A stretch of DNA of 63,491 bases, the filler included, from Conidiobolus incongruus B7586 (taxonomy: Eukaryota): the NCBI GenBank assembly GCA_000697335.1. It is 10 parts of 10 records of this genome, joined end to end, with 100 filler letters (N's around TTAATTAATTAA, not from the genome) between each part and the next. Parts side by side here need not be neighbours in the genome. Positions count along the whole stretch, not along the records: positions 24,265 to 54,846 come from JNEM01006898.1; 9 more parts are not named here. One strand, written 5' to 3'. Positions 29,001-40,039 of this stretch are shown here, in pieces (positions within the stretch are counted from its first letter, which is position 1; each line of letters starts with the position of its first letter). Both the position numbers and the translations under genes were made by a program. Under the pieces are notes generated by a model. It was given only the letters and a program-made list of their open reading frames with translations. It was not told where the DNA came from and made no database searches.

Positions 29001-30340
29001 TAATTAGGTTTGCAAATTTGTTTTATCGAGACCTTGAATGATTTGTTAACCAACCCTTTATCCAATCATAACGAAAACTTTATTATACTTATTATATAGA
29101 ATTATTTATGGAAAATATATATAGTTTTAGATAGTTATTCCAATCAAAAATTTGAGCTATTTGTTTTAATAATCTTAATTAGGGAACTGGATAGAAACTC
29201 TTGTGTAATTTCAACAAAACAAATTAGCAGAACTAACAATAGTAACCCATTGGCATCTATCAAAAAACATACCTTCTCATTGCATTAATATTCGTGACAC
29301 CAAAACATGCTAACTGAGACCAGTTTCATAATATATGTTCTCACCTCCCAATTATTAATTGAGTAAACCAAAAATAACATATATGCACTGATTAAGGGCC
29401 AAAGATAATATTTGTTAAGTCAACCAATTATATATTTTTATGAGATTAATATTATTAATATGATTCAATTGAAGAATAGGAAGGGGGATGCTAATTGGAT
29501 AAAAGATAATATATCATCTTTATGAATAATTACAGAATATTAGGATAAATTTTTGTAAATTATTAAAAATTATTGTTTGTTTCAATTAAATTGATTTTTA
29601 GAAATAAAAAAATATTATGAGAAATGAAGTGAGATTAATCATAAAGATTATTTAATAATTTGAGATTATTATTTTTATAATTAATAGTTGTGTTAAATAT
29701 ATTTTATATTAACATTGGAACTTAAAAAATATCCATATTAAAAATGAAAAAATAATCCAAATAATAAAAATATTTCGATTTTTAATGACTAATGAAACTG
29801 TGGTTAAACAAATATAGAAATGGTTTGAATTGATGAAAAGAATTTGATTATAAAATTTTCAGGGTTAATAATTTTTTGGTTTGAGAGAATTAGTTTTTGG
29901 AGGATCATAGTAATAATATTGTTTTTAATTAATAAATTTTAAAAGAATATATTTCATTGATTATCTAATATAGTAATATTTATATAAAATATCTTTTATA
30001 CAGTAAATATAATTTTTAATATTATAGAGCTGAATAATTAGTATATTTTTTATATTTTAGCCAGTTTGTATTTATTTGTGAATATATAAACTTAATTAGG
30101 AAATAACATGCCGCAAAATATAAGTCAAGTATTGAATGATTATTTTCTTCAAAGAATCAAAATGATATAGTATGCAAAGCATATTAATATTCAAATTATT
30201 TTCAAAGGTTTCAAAATTGTGATACAGTTTGAATTGAACTTTGTAAAGTTAAGCTTTAGTGAAACTCAAGTTTCACACTGTGGTTTTAATAATTTGATTG
30301 GATAATTTCGCTTAATCAACTGTTTAATAAGTGATAATTC

Positions 30341-30750
30341 ATTGGCTAGAAAATGCTAGAGTAATTAAATGATACATAGGGGGAATATGATAATCGCTGA
30401 GAGTCGACTTAAGAGATATCAAATTGGCCATTTTTATTTATATAACGATATGTGAGTGATGGCATAGGATGAAAAGAATCAGCTAGGAGAGCTTTTTAAT
30501 CGCCAATCAGCTGTTCTCTTAGACTTGTTCCCACTTTCATCAATTCATACTTTATCAGGGTCTTTAGGTCTGAATTAAGAAATTTAGCAGGTTTCATATC
30601 AATTTAGGACAAGAATCCGCGACTGTGATTGGCTGGCTGATAGGCTTGAGGATTCCTCCCTCCAGATTCATTAGCCTAATTTGAAAATTTCCTTACCCCA
30701 ACACATACTCCCTAATTACCATAAAGATAAATTATATCAAAGTATATAAA
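30341..30750 (+). promoter_or_regulatory. Putative medA promoter: four CCAAT boxes and a TATA box
   Basis: ATTGG at 30341, 30423 and 30628, CCAAT at 30503, TATATAAA at 30743-30750, followed by a ~365-nt ATG-free leader. Confidence 0.5.
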
Positions 30751-31115
30751 TTGTTTCGAACGACCTTTTGCACTTTAACCAGTCCAAAACTTGGATTCAC
30801 AATTTATTATTCCTTGATTTTGGGTTTTTAAGTGTAAAACACTGTGTTTGACAAACGTTCTAATACCTTTTAGATTCATTTTGGTTTTAGTTTTAAATAC
30901 TTAGCTTACGTGTATTATACTCACCAGTCTCATTCGCGCAAGCATCACCTTCCGTCCCCCGTGTCACTTGTTTATATCAAAGTTGTTTTATTAACCTGAA
31001 ACCTTCTCTTAATCTTTAACCTCACTCAAATACTGGTTTCAACATTTTTCAACTGAAACTTGTACCAATACACCATACTAGCACCTAACAATAATAACAA
31101 ACTGTAATATATCAC

Positions 31116-32661
31116 ATGGATAACAGTATCGGAGTCAACTTGCCAATACCCATGGATCCTATGGGAATGAACGCTCCCCATCCATACAACTCTATTTTGA
31201 ATAAAGCCAACCTTCGCTTCGAAGGCAACATCGAAGAAATGGTCCTTAATTGGTAAGCTTTAAGTATACTATATGCTACTAAGTCTAATATAAATATTTA
31301 TTAGGACTGACGAAGAAAGACAAGCTCGTCGCCGTTTAGTTCAGTTCTGGCGTCGTCATGAAAACAACAATATTTTCTGTACTTTCAAACCAGTCAACCC
31401 TTCAGAGCGACCCCCTAACAGTATTGTCGTATCTTGTATCTACTGGCAAGAGAAGATGGACTGTTTCATCACCAGTGTTGACTGTATTTATCTTCTAGAA
31501 TCCCTCATATCAGTCAGATTCACTGTTGAAGAAAAGAATCGAATTAGAAGAAATTTGGAGGGATTCAGACCCCTTACAGTATCCAAGTGTAAACCTGAAT
31601 CCGCTGAATTTTTCAAGTTAATTATGTCCTTCCCCAATCCAAAGCCTAGAAATATCGAAAAGGACGTCAAGGTTTTCCCTTGGAAAGTCCTTCCTTACGC
31701 TTTGAAAAAGATAGTGGGCAAATACACCGCCAGCTACACCAGTGCTATTGGAATGGACCCCTTCCAATCCTCTATGTCTCCCTCTGCTAGCCAGTTCCCT
31801 CTCATGGCTGGACTTCCTTCTCATTATGGCTATAACGGTAGCTCACTAAACCCTGCATTTGCGGGCCGTAATGCACAAAGAAGATTCTCTCAGCCCGCAG
31901 CTTCGTTGAGTATGAGTATGTATAACAGAGTGCCTAAGAGTGAAACCAACTATTCCATGGACTTATCACACCCTCTCGCAGGTCAGCTTCACTCCAATAA
32001 TATGAATTTCGAACAAAATCAAAATTTCAACTTCAACTCCAATTCAGGGGGTGGAGACAACCAATCAGAAACCAACTCCAATTACTCTTCACAAATTTCC
32101 AATCCTTTCACAAATCCAGGTGAATCTGGAAGTATGGTCTCACAGATGGAGCCTATCTCCGAGGTCAGCGGCATGGAAAATATGGGTATAAATGGCAACG
32201 TATTTGATCAATCTCAGAACCACACTATGAACCTCGTGAATCGCAGGGCGGCCATGTTCCAACGTCGCCACTCGTTAGCTGACCCATATTCGATGCACAG
32301 GTATGAGCACCGCAGAATCTCTAGCGGAGGCGATACGACAGGAATCGAACAGATTGGTGGATTGATGGGCCAAAACAACTACCCTTTCGGCAATATTCAG
32401 CAGATGCCCCTTGGATCACTAAATCAGAGTTCATTCGAGAATAAAGAGGGGTATGAAGGTCACGAATCTGGAGCGAATTCAGCTGGTCACAGTGACGCTA
32501 ACCCTACTTTTGGCCACTCTAAAGATATGGGCTACTATACTCAAAGCTTAATGGTAAGTTTATTTAACCATATATAGATATCTGATGCTAAATAAACTTC
32601 TCCATAGAATAAGAGTTCTGGATATGGACAATCAGTTGAAGCACCTATCAAAGAAGAATGA
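31116..32661 (+). CDS. medA: MedA/Medusa-like developmental regulator, 479 aa; exons 31116-31252, 31305-32553, 32608-32661
   Basis: Spliced ORF of 1440 nt with GTAAG..TAG introns of 52 and 54 nt. Contains the MedA core RRLVQF..ERPPNSIVVSCIYW..TSVDCIYLLE..RFTVEEKNRIRRNLEGFRPLTVSK..FPNPKPRNIEKDVKVFPW, then an N/S/G-rich tail. Confidence 0.88.
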
Positions 32662-34091
32662 TTAACCTTCTCTCCCAATGTATTACAATAGCTATCAACT
32701 CGAAAAATCACCATACTCGATAAATATTTCACCGAACAAATTAAACACTACTTCACAGGATTCAGCAATTTAACATAAGAAGCATAATATTGAAAACTAA
32801 ATCAACAAATATTAATAACAACAGCCAGCCTATGTACTTTAAACATTATCATTCATTCAACCAGTCCTTTGAATTATTTAACCAAATGATTAACATTTGA
32901 ATCAAAGGTTCTTCTCTACTTTAATATAAATATATATAACTATCAATTAACTCCGATAACTTTATGATTTTTATTTTCGATAATATATAATTATGATGAA
33001 TTAATCAATAATCAATAATCAATAATCAATACCCATGATTAATATTGACAAATTATCCTATTAATGTTTATGTATATATATTAGCAATAATGAGATACTA
33101 GTTTTCTACGTTTTTCAATTGTATAATATGCAATATATCATTTTCATATGAATTCATATTAAAATACTCTATTTTTTTCAGGTTTTTTATTATGAATTAG
33201 ACAGAATAACTTTTAAATCTAGTTTATCATAAATTGTTAAATGAAACCTCTATTATCCTATAATGTTTTAAATTTTTAAAGTCTATTTAATTGCTGATTA
33301 ATTGGATAGATTTCGGTTAGCTATATTAAAGTTATATTTGGAAATAACAATGGAAAATTGAATGATGTTGAAATTTAATGTGATTCATCTTTTAATTAAT
33401 AAAACCAATTTAATCCTTTAATATTTAATTCATTAATTTTTTAATCTGTTAATATTTAGTTAAATGTATCAAATTCAATAAGTGATTTTTAAAATTTATT
33501 ATGTAATGATTTAAAATTACTTGATCTACGTAATATTGACGCTAATCTGAGTATTATTTAATTGATTTTTCAAAAACTGATATGTTAGAAATATCAAATA
33601 TACCACTAATTTAAGATATTAACCTCATTTTAAACAATCTTAATTCAATTTATATTTCAAAACATATAATCTTAAATTAATGATCTTTATCAATATATAA
33701 GGGATTATATTAGTTATTAAAAATATAGCAATCATATTAAACTTGATAATCTAGTTGACAAATATTTATGATAAAATAAAAAATAAACTTATAAAGCTGA
33801 ATCTAACTTTGATATTAATTATATCTAAAACTAAAAATAATATCGTATTATAAGAGAATTTTCTTTTTTATAATTTGAAATAAATTGTGACTATTATTTA
33901 TTTAATATCAAAAAATAATTATCCCGAAAATTTCCAATATTCAATCGAATATATCAAAATCAATATAATTATTTTTTTTCTAAATATTCAACAACTGATA
34001 AAATAGTAAGTATTGAAGCTTTAGGTAAAATTGGTAAATTTATAACCATCTAAGTTATTTTGATTTGAAAATAGGGTAATATAGCAATAAG

Positions 34092-34431
34092 GTATTGCGG
34101 GTCTTCTAGCAAGTAAACCTGCAATAAAGATCACGTAGATTTGATGAAACGGACCAAGGACGACTAACGAGGTACTTTAAAGAGTTTTATTAAAATATCA
34201 AGATGTAGAGCTTGGCCCAGCTCGGGATGATCCCTGAGCAAATAGGTGTGCAGTGACTATTTTATAGTGTGGTTAGTCCTCTTCCAATGCGTTGAAACTC
34301 CAATTACTGTTATAGTCTGAAACTTTCCATTGTGCAAGGATTGCGCCTGGTATTTGTGAGTGGACTACATTTGGAATCATGATGGACGGTTAAGGTTGAA
34401 TGAGGAGCAGACCTCCCGATCCGCGACAGTA
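34092..34431 (+). ncRNA. Candidate structured non-coding RNA (~340 nt), class unassigned
   Basis: Isolated GC/CpG-rich island with no long ORF. Several stems whose non-Watson-Crick pairs are G-U on the + strand. ANANNA (AGATCA) after the first hairpin and ACA after the last hairpin. Confidence 0.55.
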
Positions 34432-35562
34432 TAATCAATTTGAAAAAAAAATTTTATATTCGAGACATTATTATGATAGAGCCTCCAATTTTTGCTTAAG
34501 TCATGTATATAAATATTGTCAAATTTGAACAATAATCCATAATTACTTAGAAACAATAATATGTTGAAATTATATAGTGTTTAATTTCCAAAACAGAGCA
34601 TATTTTGAGCAAATAATAAAAATTCCAATCTAGATCAATATTTCAATATTACAGAATAAACAAAAAAGATTATCAATAACTCATTATCTGATTACAACAA
34701 ATAATTTCCAACAGCATTATTTATCATAAATTAATATTAAGATAATTATAATCACATTATTTTATATTTAACACCACTAAACCCTATTTATTTTGACGGG
34801 TATGACAATTATTTCGAAACAATGTCAAGAAGCATTTTAACTAGAATTCCATTTTAATCAATATTAAAATTTCATTAATTTAAATTATTTTTATCATACT
34901 CTAAATTAATAGTGAATTAACTTTTTGATATATTATTGAGGATATTAAAATTACCGAAAACTTTTTGTATTATTTAGTAATATTGTTGAATCATATGATT
35001 TAAAATCAATTTTCTAAAAATAATGAGCATCAAAGTGAGGTGTCTATATAAGTATCAATGCTGATCATCAATTATGGAATTATATAGATAATCAATTCAA
35101 AAATTCACTTTTTAGAATACAAGAATCTTAATTTTGTATTATTATCTATATTAAGAATAAATGAACAGTATTATTCCACATTTTTAAACTTAATTTATTC
35201 AACTTCAATATTAATAATGAATTTAAGAATTATATTTATAGTTGATAATTAAATATTCAATAATTTTTTTTTGATGAATTATGTTTAAATTAATTTCAAT
35301 ATAAAACAGAAGCAATATAAATACAATATCAAACACAAAAGGATTTAACTATTTAGTTTAATATATTTAAACAATATTATCAAATTAATATTAATTTATT
35401 GAAAACCTTCATCAATTTGAGATGATGTCATGAAAACCAAATTGGAAAAGTTACGTTAAGATGAAGTAATTATAGATCATTATGAAAACATTTATTATAA
35501 CCAAATTAATATATAAATATGATAAAGATCAAGAAATACTATGATAAATAATTTTATTCAAA

Positions 35563-36261
35563 ATGAATTCTTTAAAATTAACTAATCGTATTAAATTCAA
35601 TCAATTAAATATCATTAAAAAACGATATTTTGTAAATTTATCAGGTAAAAAATAAATGAAAAATATTGCATTAAATTTTATATATTCACTATAATCAAAA
35701 TAGCTCAATTAACTAATCAAACCAATGAATATGGATATTTGAATGAATTTAAGAATTTTATTAATGAAAAATCTAATAATGTAAACGATTAACACGAATT
35801 GTATTATTTTTTCTATTAACATATTTTTTTAATCAGGATGAAATCAATATTAAATTCAGAACATCTTCAGAATCTTCTTCTAGTGGTAAAATTAATTCAA
35901 TTCAAAAAATTAAAGGTAAAACATTAATTCAAAATTATTACTATTATCATTATATGAACTAATCAATATATTAGTTGGAAATTTAAAAAGTTTATTAAAC
36001 AAAAAAAATTATAATAATGAAGATTATCGTTTTAAATTACAAAATAGTGAACCTGATACCGTTATTATATTCTATAAGAGTCACGTCTTAGACAGTTTGA
36101 TGAATGATGTTCAAGATTTAGGACAGAATCAAAAGTAACACTACATTTATTAATATTAATATTAATATCGTTGGATATTAACTTGCTGCTTTAGTATTAA
36201 TGTTAACGAAATGCAAAATGATGATCAATTTCCTGTTGAAAAGCGATTATACAAAGAATAA
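35563..36261 (+). CDS. Hypothetical 154-aa protein, probably mitochondrial; exons 35563-35644, 35704-35780, 35837-35915, 35975-36134, 36195-36261
   Basis: Four 56-60-nt GTAA..YAG introns join into one 465-nt frame: MNSLKLTNRIKFNQLNIIKKRYFVNLSAQ...FPVEKRLYKE*. The N-terminus is basic and lacks acidic residues, like a presequence. Confidence 0.72.
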
Positions 36262-37631
36262 TAAGCTAATAATCAAGTAATGTTACTTTTAGTTATCAGA
36301 TTTATTTAAATTTTAATATAATTCATGTTTAGATTTTGGAATTTGAATTTTTGAAAAAATATCACCTCCAATCAACTTGCTAACTGTATTCCCAATGCTG
36401 ATTGTCAATAAATTTCTAATATCTTTTTATATACTTTTTGGATAGTATAATATAATTCCAAAATAGTTCAATATTTTAACATTAAGTCGATGAAATTTTA
36501 TTATTTTATATTTTGATTAAATAGATATATCGATAAAATACTCAAGTCAAGTCAAACACCCAAAAAAGCAAAAATTCAATATTATTACCTGAATTAATAT
36601 CAATTCCACACTATTTAAATTATATTTATAACAAAATAGAGCACATTCATTATAATTTGATCTCAAACAATTATTAAATTATATTTCAATTTAGGTTTGT
36701 AAAATTTACAATTTAACGTTAATTTATCATATCTTAAAAATTGGTTTTATATTTAGCATAATATTATTCTGAATAATTTAGATTTATTTATTATATAATA
36801 TTTGATCAAATAACCCTAAATAATTGATGATTGTAATCGATTCATTATACCAAAAATGATATAACCTTATGAAGTGAACTAAGAGTCTCTAAAGATCGTC
36901 ATATTTAAAATAATTAAAAAATCATAATTAAAATACTGTTATAATAATTGATAGGGAATAGCTAATATATAGAAAATTATCACATTGATATCTTTGATAG
37001 ATTTTGATGTTAAAATTATTCTATATATAACTCAAATTAGAAAGGATTACATTATTTGAAAATACAAATTACAATCTTCAAATATGGTTTTTAATTTTAT
37101 ATTGTTCTATATAATAAGTATCTAATTTATTATTAAAATTATTTATGTAACAACTAAAAAAATATTAAATTATAAATATATTAAATTCATATGACTTGAT
37201 TATAATACAATATACTCATAATTTCCAAATTGAATAATCAACAAAAAATAAATAATCGCTCAAAATGTGGTTTTATTGGAAAAAGTATGATCATTAACAG
37301 CGAGTTAAATGGCGATTATAAAATATTTTCCAGCTATTATTGATATTAAGTTCATTATTAAAATATTCGATGATAAATATCATTAATACATTTGGATTGA
37401 TTCACTGGTGTCATTATCATTAATTATATTTTTTTATAATTTATAGTTTGTAATTTTATAATAAATAATTTTGTTCAATATGAATATCTGTCCAAATATA
37501 TATTATTATAATGTATACTAGATGAAAATACTTAATTGATAAACCAATGAAACTTTGTAAAAATTTTTATAAATATTAATAGGTATAAAAATGAAACAAT
37601 TTTGATGATATAAATTTTGATAATGATTCAA

Positions 37632-40039
37632 TTAACTAAGATTTCTGTGTTCAGAATTGGCTCCTCCACCAATATTGATATCGTTAACAGAAGGGGCAAT
37701 CTCGCTGAAGGAGTGATTGGCAATATCATTCACATTACTGGGTGTTATTGCTAAACAATGAGTTAATTAGTAAATTAAAACTTATTGATAAATTGATAGA
37801 TTGCACTTACTCACAATGCTATGCTCGTTCATACTACGGTTGCGTTGCAGAACTTGAGGATTGACTTGCTTTTTCAAGTCTTGATATCTCTGTTTACCTC
37901 GTTCATAGCCACCTGCACCACTCGCTTTATACAATTTGAGTGCTTTGATGATATCGGGTTCAACACCAATGCCGTTTTCAAAACAGAATCCCAGTTTGTA
38001 ATGAGCATGAGGGTTGCCCTTTTCACTCGCTGACTGGTAGAGTTGGAATGCTTTCTCATAGTCTTTAGCAACACCATCCCCCTTCTCATAGCAAACTGCT
38101 AAGTTGATTTTGGCAGGAGTACACCCTTGATCTGCAGATTTTTGATACCAATAAACAGCCATCTCTGAATTCTGAGGTGTGCCAAATCCTAATTGGTAGC
38201 ATCTGCCCAAGTTGTTTTGAGACGATCTATTTCCAGCTTTGGAAGCTGCATGGTACCAATAAACTGCTCTCTCATGATTTTGGGGAACGCCTAAACCGTG
38301 TTGGAAAAAGCGTGCAATTTGATGCTGAGATGCGAGATGACCTCGACGTGCAGCTTCTAAATACAAAACTGCAGCTTCCGATAAATCTTTGTTTGTGCCG
38401 TTGCCATTTTCGAAGCACATGGCCTTGGCATGAAGTGCAGGAAGATAGCCATATTTGGCAGCTTGATCGTAGTATTTGAATGCTTGAGTTTTGCTCACTT
38501 CTGTTCCGATTCCAAGCTCATAGCACCTACCCAATCTGTACAGTGAATAAAAATCCTTCTGACTAGCAGCTTGACGATAGAGTTCAATGGATTTGACTGG
38601 ATCTGGATCGATATCATTCCCAGCAATGAGCAAATCAGCGACTTTATGTGTAGCCATAGAAATATTTTCTGCCATCAACTCCTTGTAAAGTTGCAAAGCT
38701 CTATTAGCATCCTTATCGATACCTTGACCTACCTCGTAACAGTAGGCAAGCATTAGTTTGGCAGGAGGGTATTTCTTGGCGATCCTGCGCAATATGACTA
38801 CGGCTTCATCGCGATCCTTTCGCTGCCCAAGTCCATGATAGAATGTTAATGCGAGTAAGTATTCCGCACGGTCAAGACCCTGACGTGCAGCTTTATCTAG
38901 CCAATTAATTGCCGTTCGCAGATTTCTCTGTCTACCATTGCCAGAAAGATATATTTGAGCTAAATAGAATTGAGCTTCTGAATTTCCATTCCAAGCTGGC
39001 GTGTCAAAGCATTTGGCAGCTTCTACATACTTTTGATTTTCCATAAATTGTTTACCTTGATTCACTAGAACCATTTGAGCAGAATCAGGATACTCTGTCA
39101 GCACCATATCGCGAGTAGCGACTCTGTCTTGAGTAGGAGCTTGGGATGTGTCTTCACTGTTGAAATCGGAATTGTCATTCAAGCCTGCGAATTCAAAAAG
39201 AGCTGAAGTAAGCTCTTGAGCACTGGGACGGTCAGTTGGATTTTGAGCCAGACAATTGAGCATACAGTCAACTAATGCTTCAGGAGCACCCTCAAGTGCC
39301 TGTTCTGCTGAGGGGGTTGTTAGAGTAATAGCATCTTGATTAGTAACAAGTTCCCAAAATACAGTCCCTAAGGCATAAATATCTCCCTTCTTACTGCATG
39401 CAGAATATTTAAGGTTATCTAACTCGGGAGCTTTCCAATAAAAATCCGCTTTATTTCTTTCATTCTATTATAAAATTGGTTAATTTATAAAACTATATAT
39501 GTATATATAAAATGAGTTACTTGATTAACCATGTCAATTTCATCCCGAATATCGTGTAAACCAAAGTCACCAATTTTAGCAGTAAAAAAATCGTCAAAGT
39601 CAATGAGAATATTTTTGGAATACAAGTTCCTATGTACATAGTTATGATTGTGTAAAAACTCTAAACCTTGTGCTATCTGATAAGCCATCTTCGCCCGAAT
39701 TTCCCAATTTGGTTCGGGATGTATTTTCGGAGGTCTCAATATGTAACTCTTCAAACTACTTCCTGAAACGTACTCACTCATAACTAGAAGACGCTTAGAG
39801 TTGTCTATACAAGTACCTATAAACTGAATAATGTGAGGGTTTCCCATCAATCTATTCATATCAGAATGTAATTGTTGAATATAATGAGATAATTTGGAAG
39901 GGTCCACTTTTTCAGTATCCATTGACTTGTAACAACATACATAACTCTGGTATTTACACTTTTGGACGAATCCATGTTTTCCTTTCCCAATTATTGTACT
40001 GGGTTGAATAGAATCAAATATTAAAGATTCTATTTCCAT
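37632..40039 (-). CDS. Tyrosine-kinase-like (pseudo)kinase fused to Sel1-like repeats, 763 aa; exons 40039-39521, 39464-37811, 37750-37632
   Basis: Joins ORFs 39485-40039 and 37782-39263 via a 56-nt intron, restoring WKAPE and DIYALG, plus a 60-nt terminal intron. Motifs GKGKHG, K, HRNLYSKN, DFG and about ten Sel1 repeats (AQxxLGxxYxxGxG..A..WY..AA..G). Confidence 0.92.

Noticed and set aside
34210..34350. Short resemblances to SRP RNA (GGCCCAG..GAGCA, GGATTGCGCCTG) and RNase P (GTGCAA)
   Set aside because: Spacing and core motifs (helix-8 GNRA loop, P4 CR-I/CR-V) do not fit.
34387..34398. Minus-strand CAACCTTAACCG next to a hairpin as a telomerase template
   Set aside because: The G-U pairing pattern favours the + strand, it is not the TTAGGG complement, and no telomere sequence is available to test it.
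37821..38756. Antisense and alternate-frame ORFs within the kinase-Sel1 gene, and within medA (31488-31824, 32541-32732)
   Set aside because: Shadow ORFs of real CDSs with no recognisable motifs.
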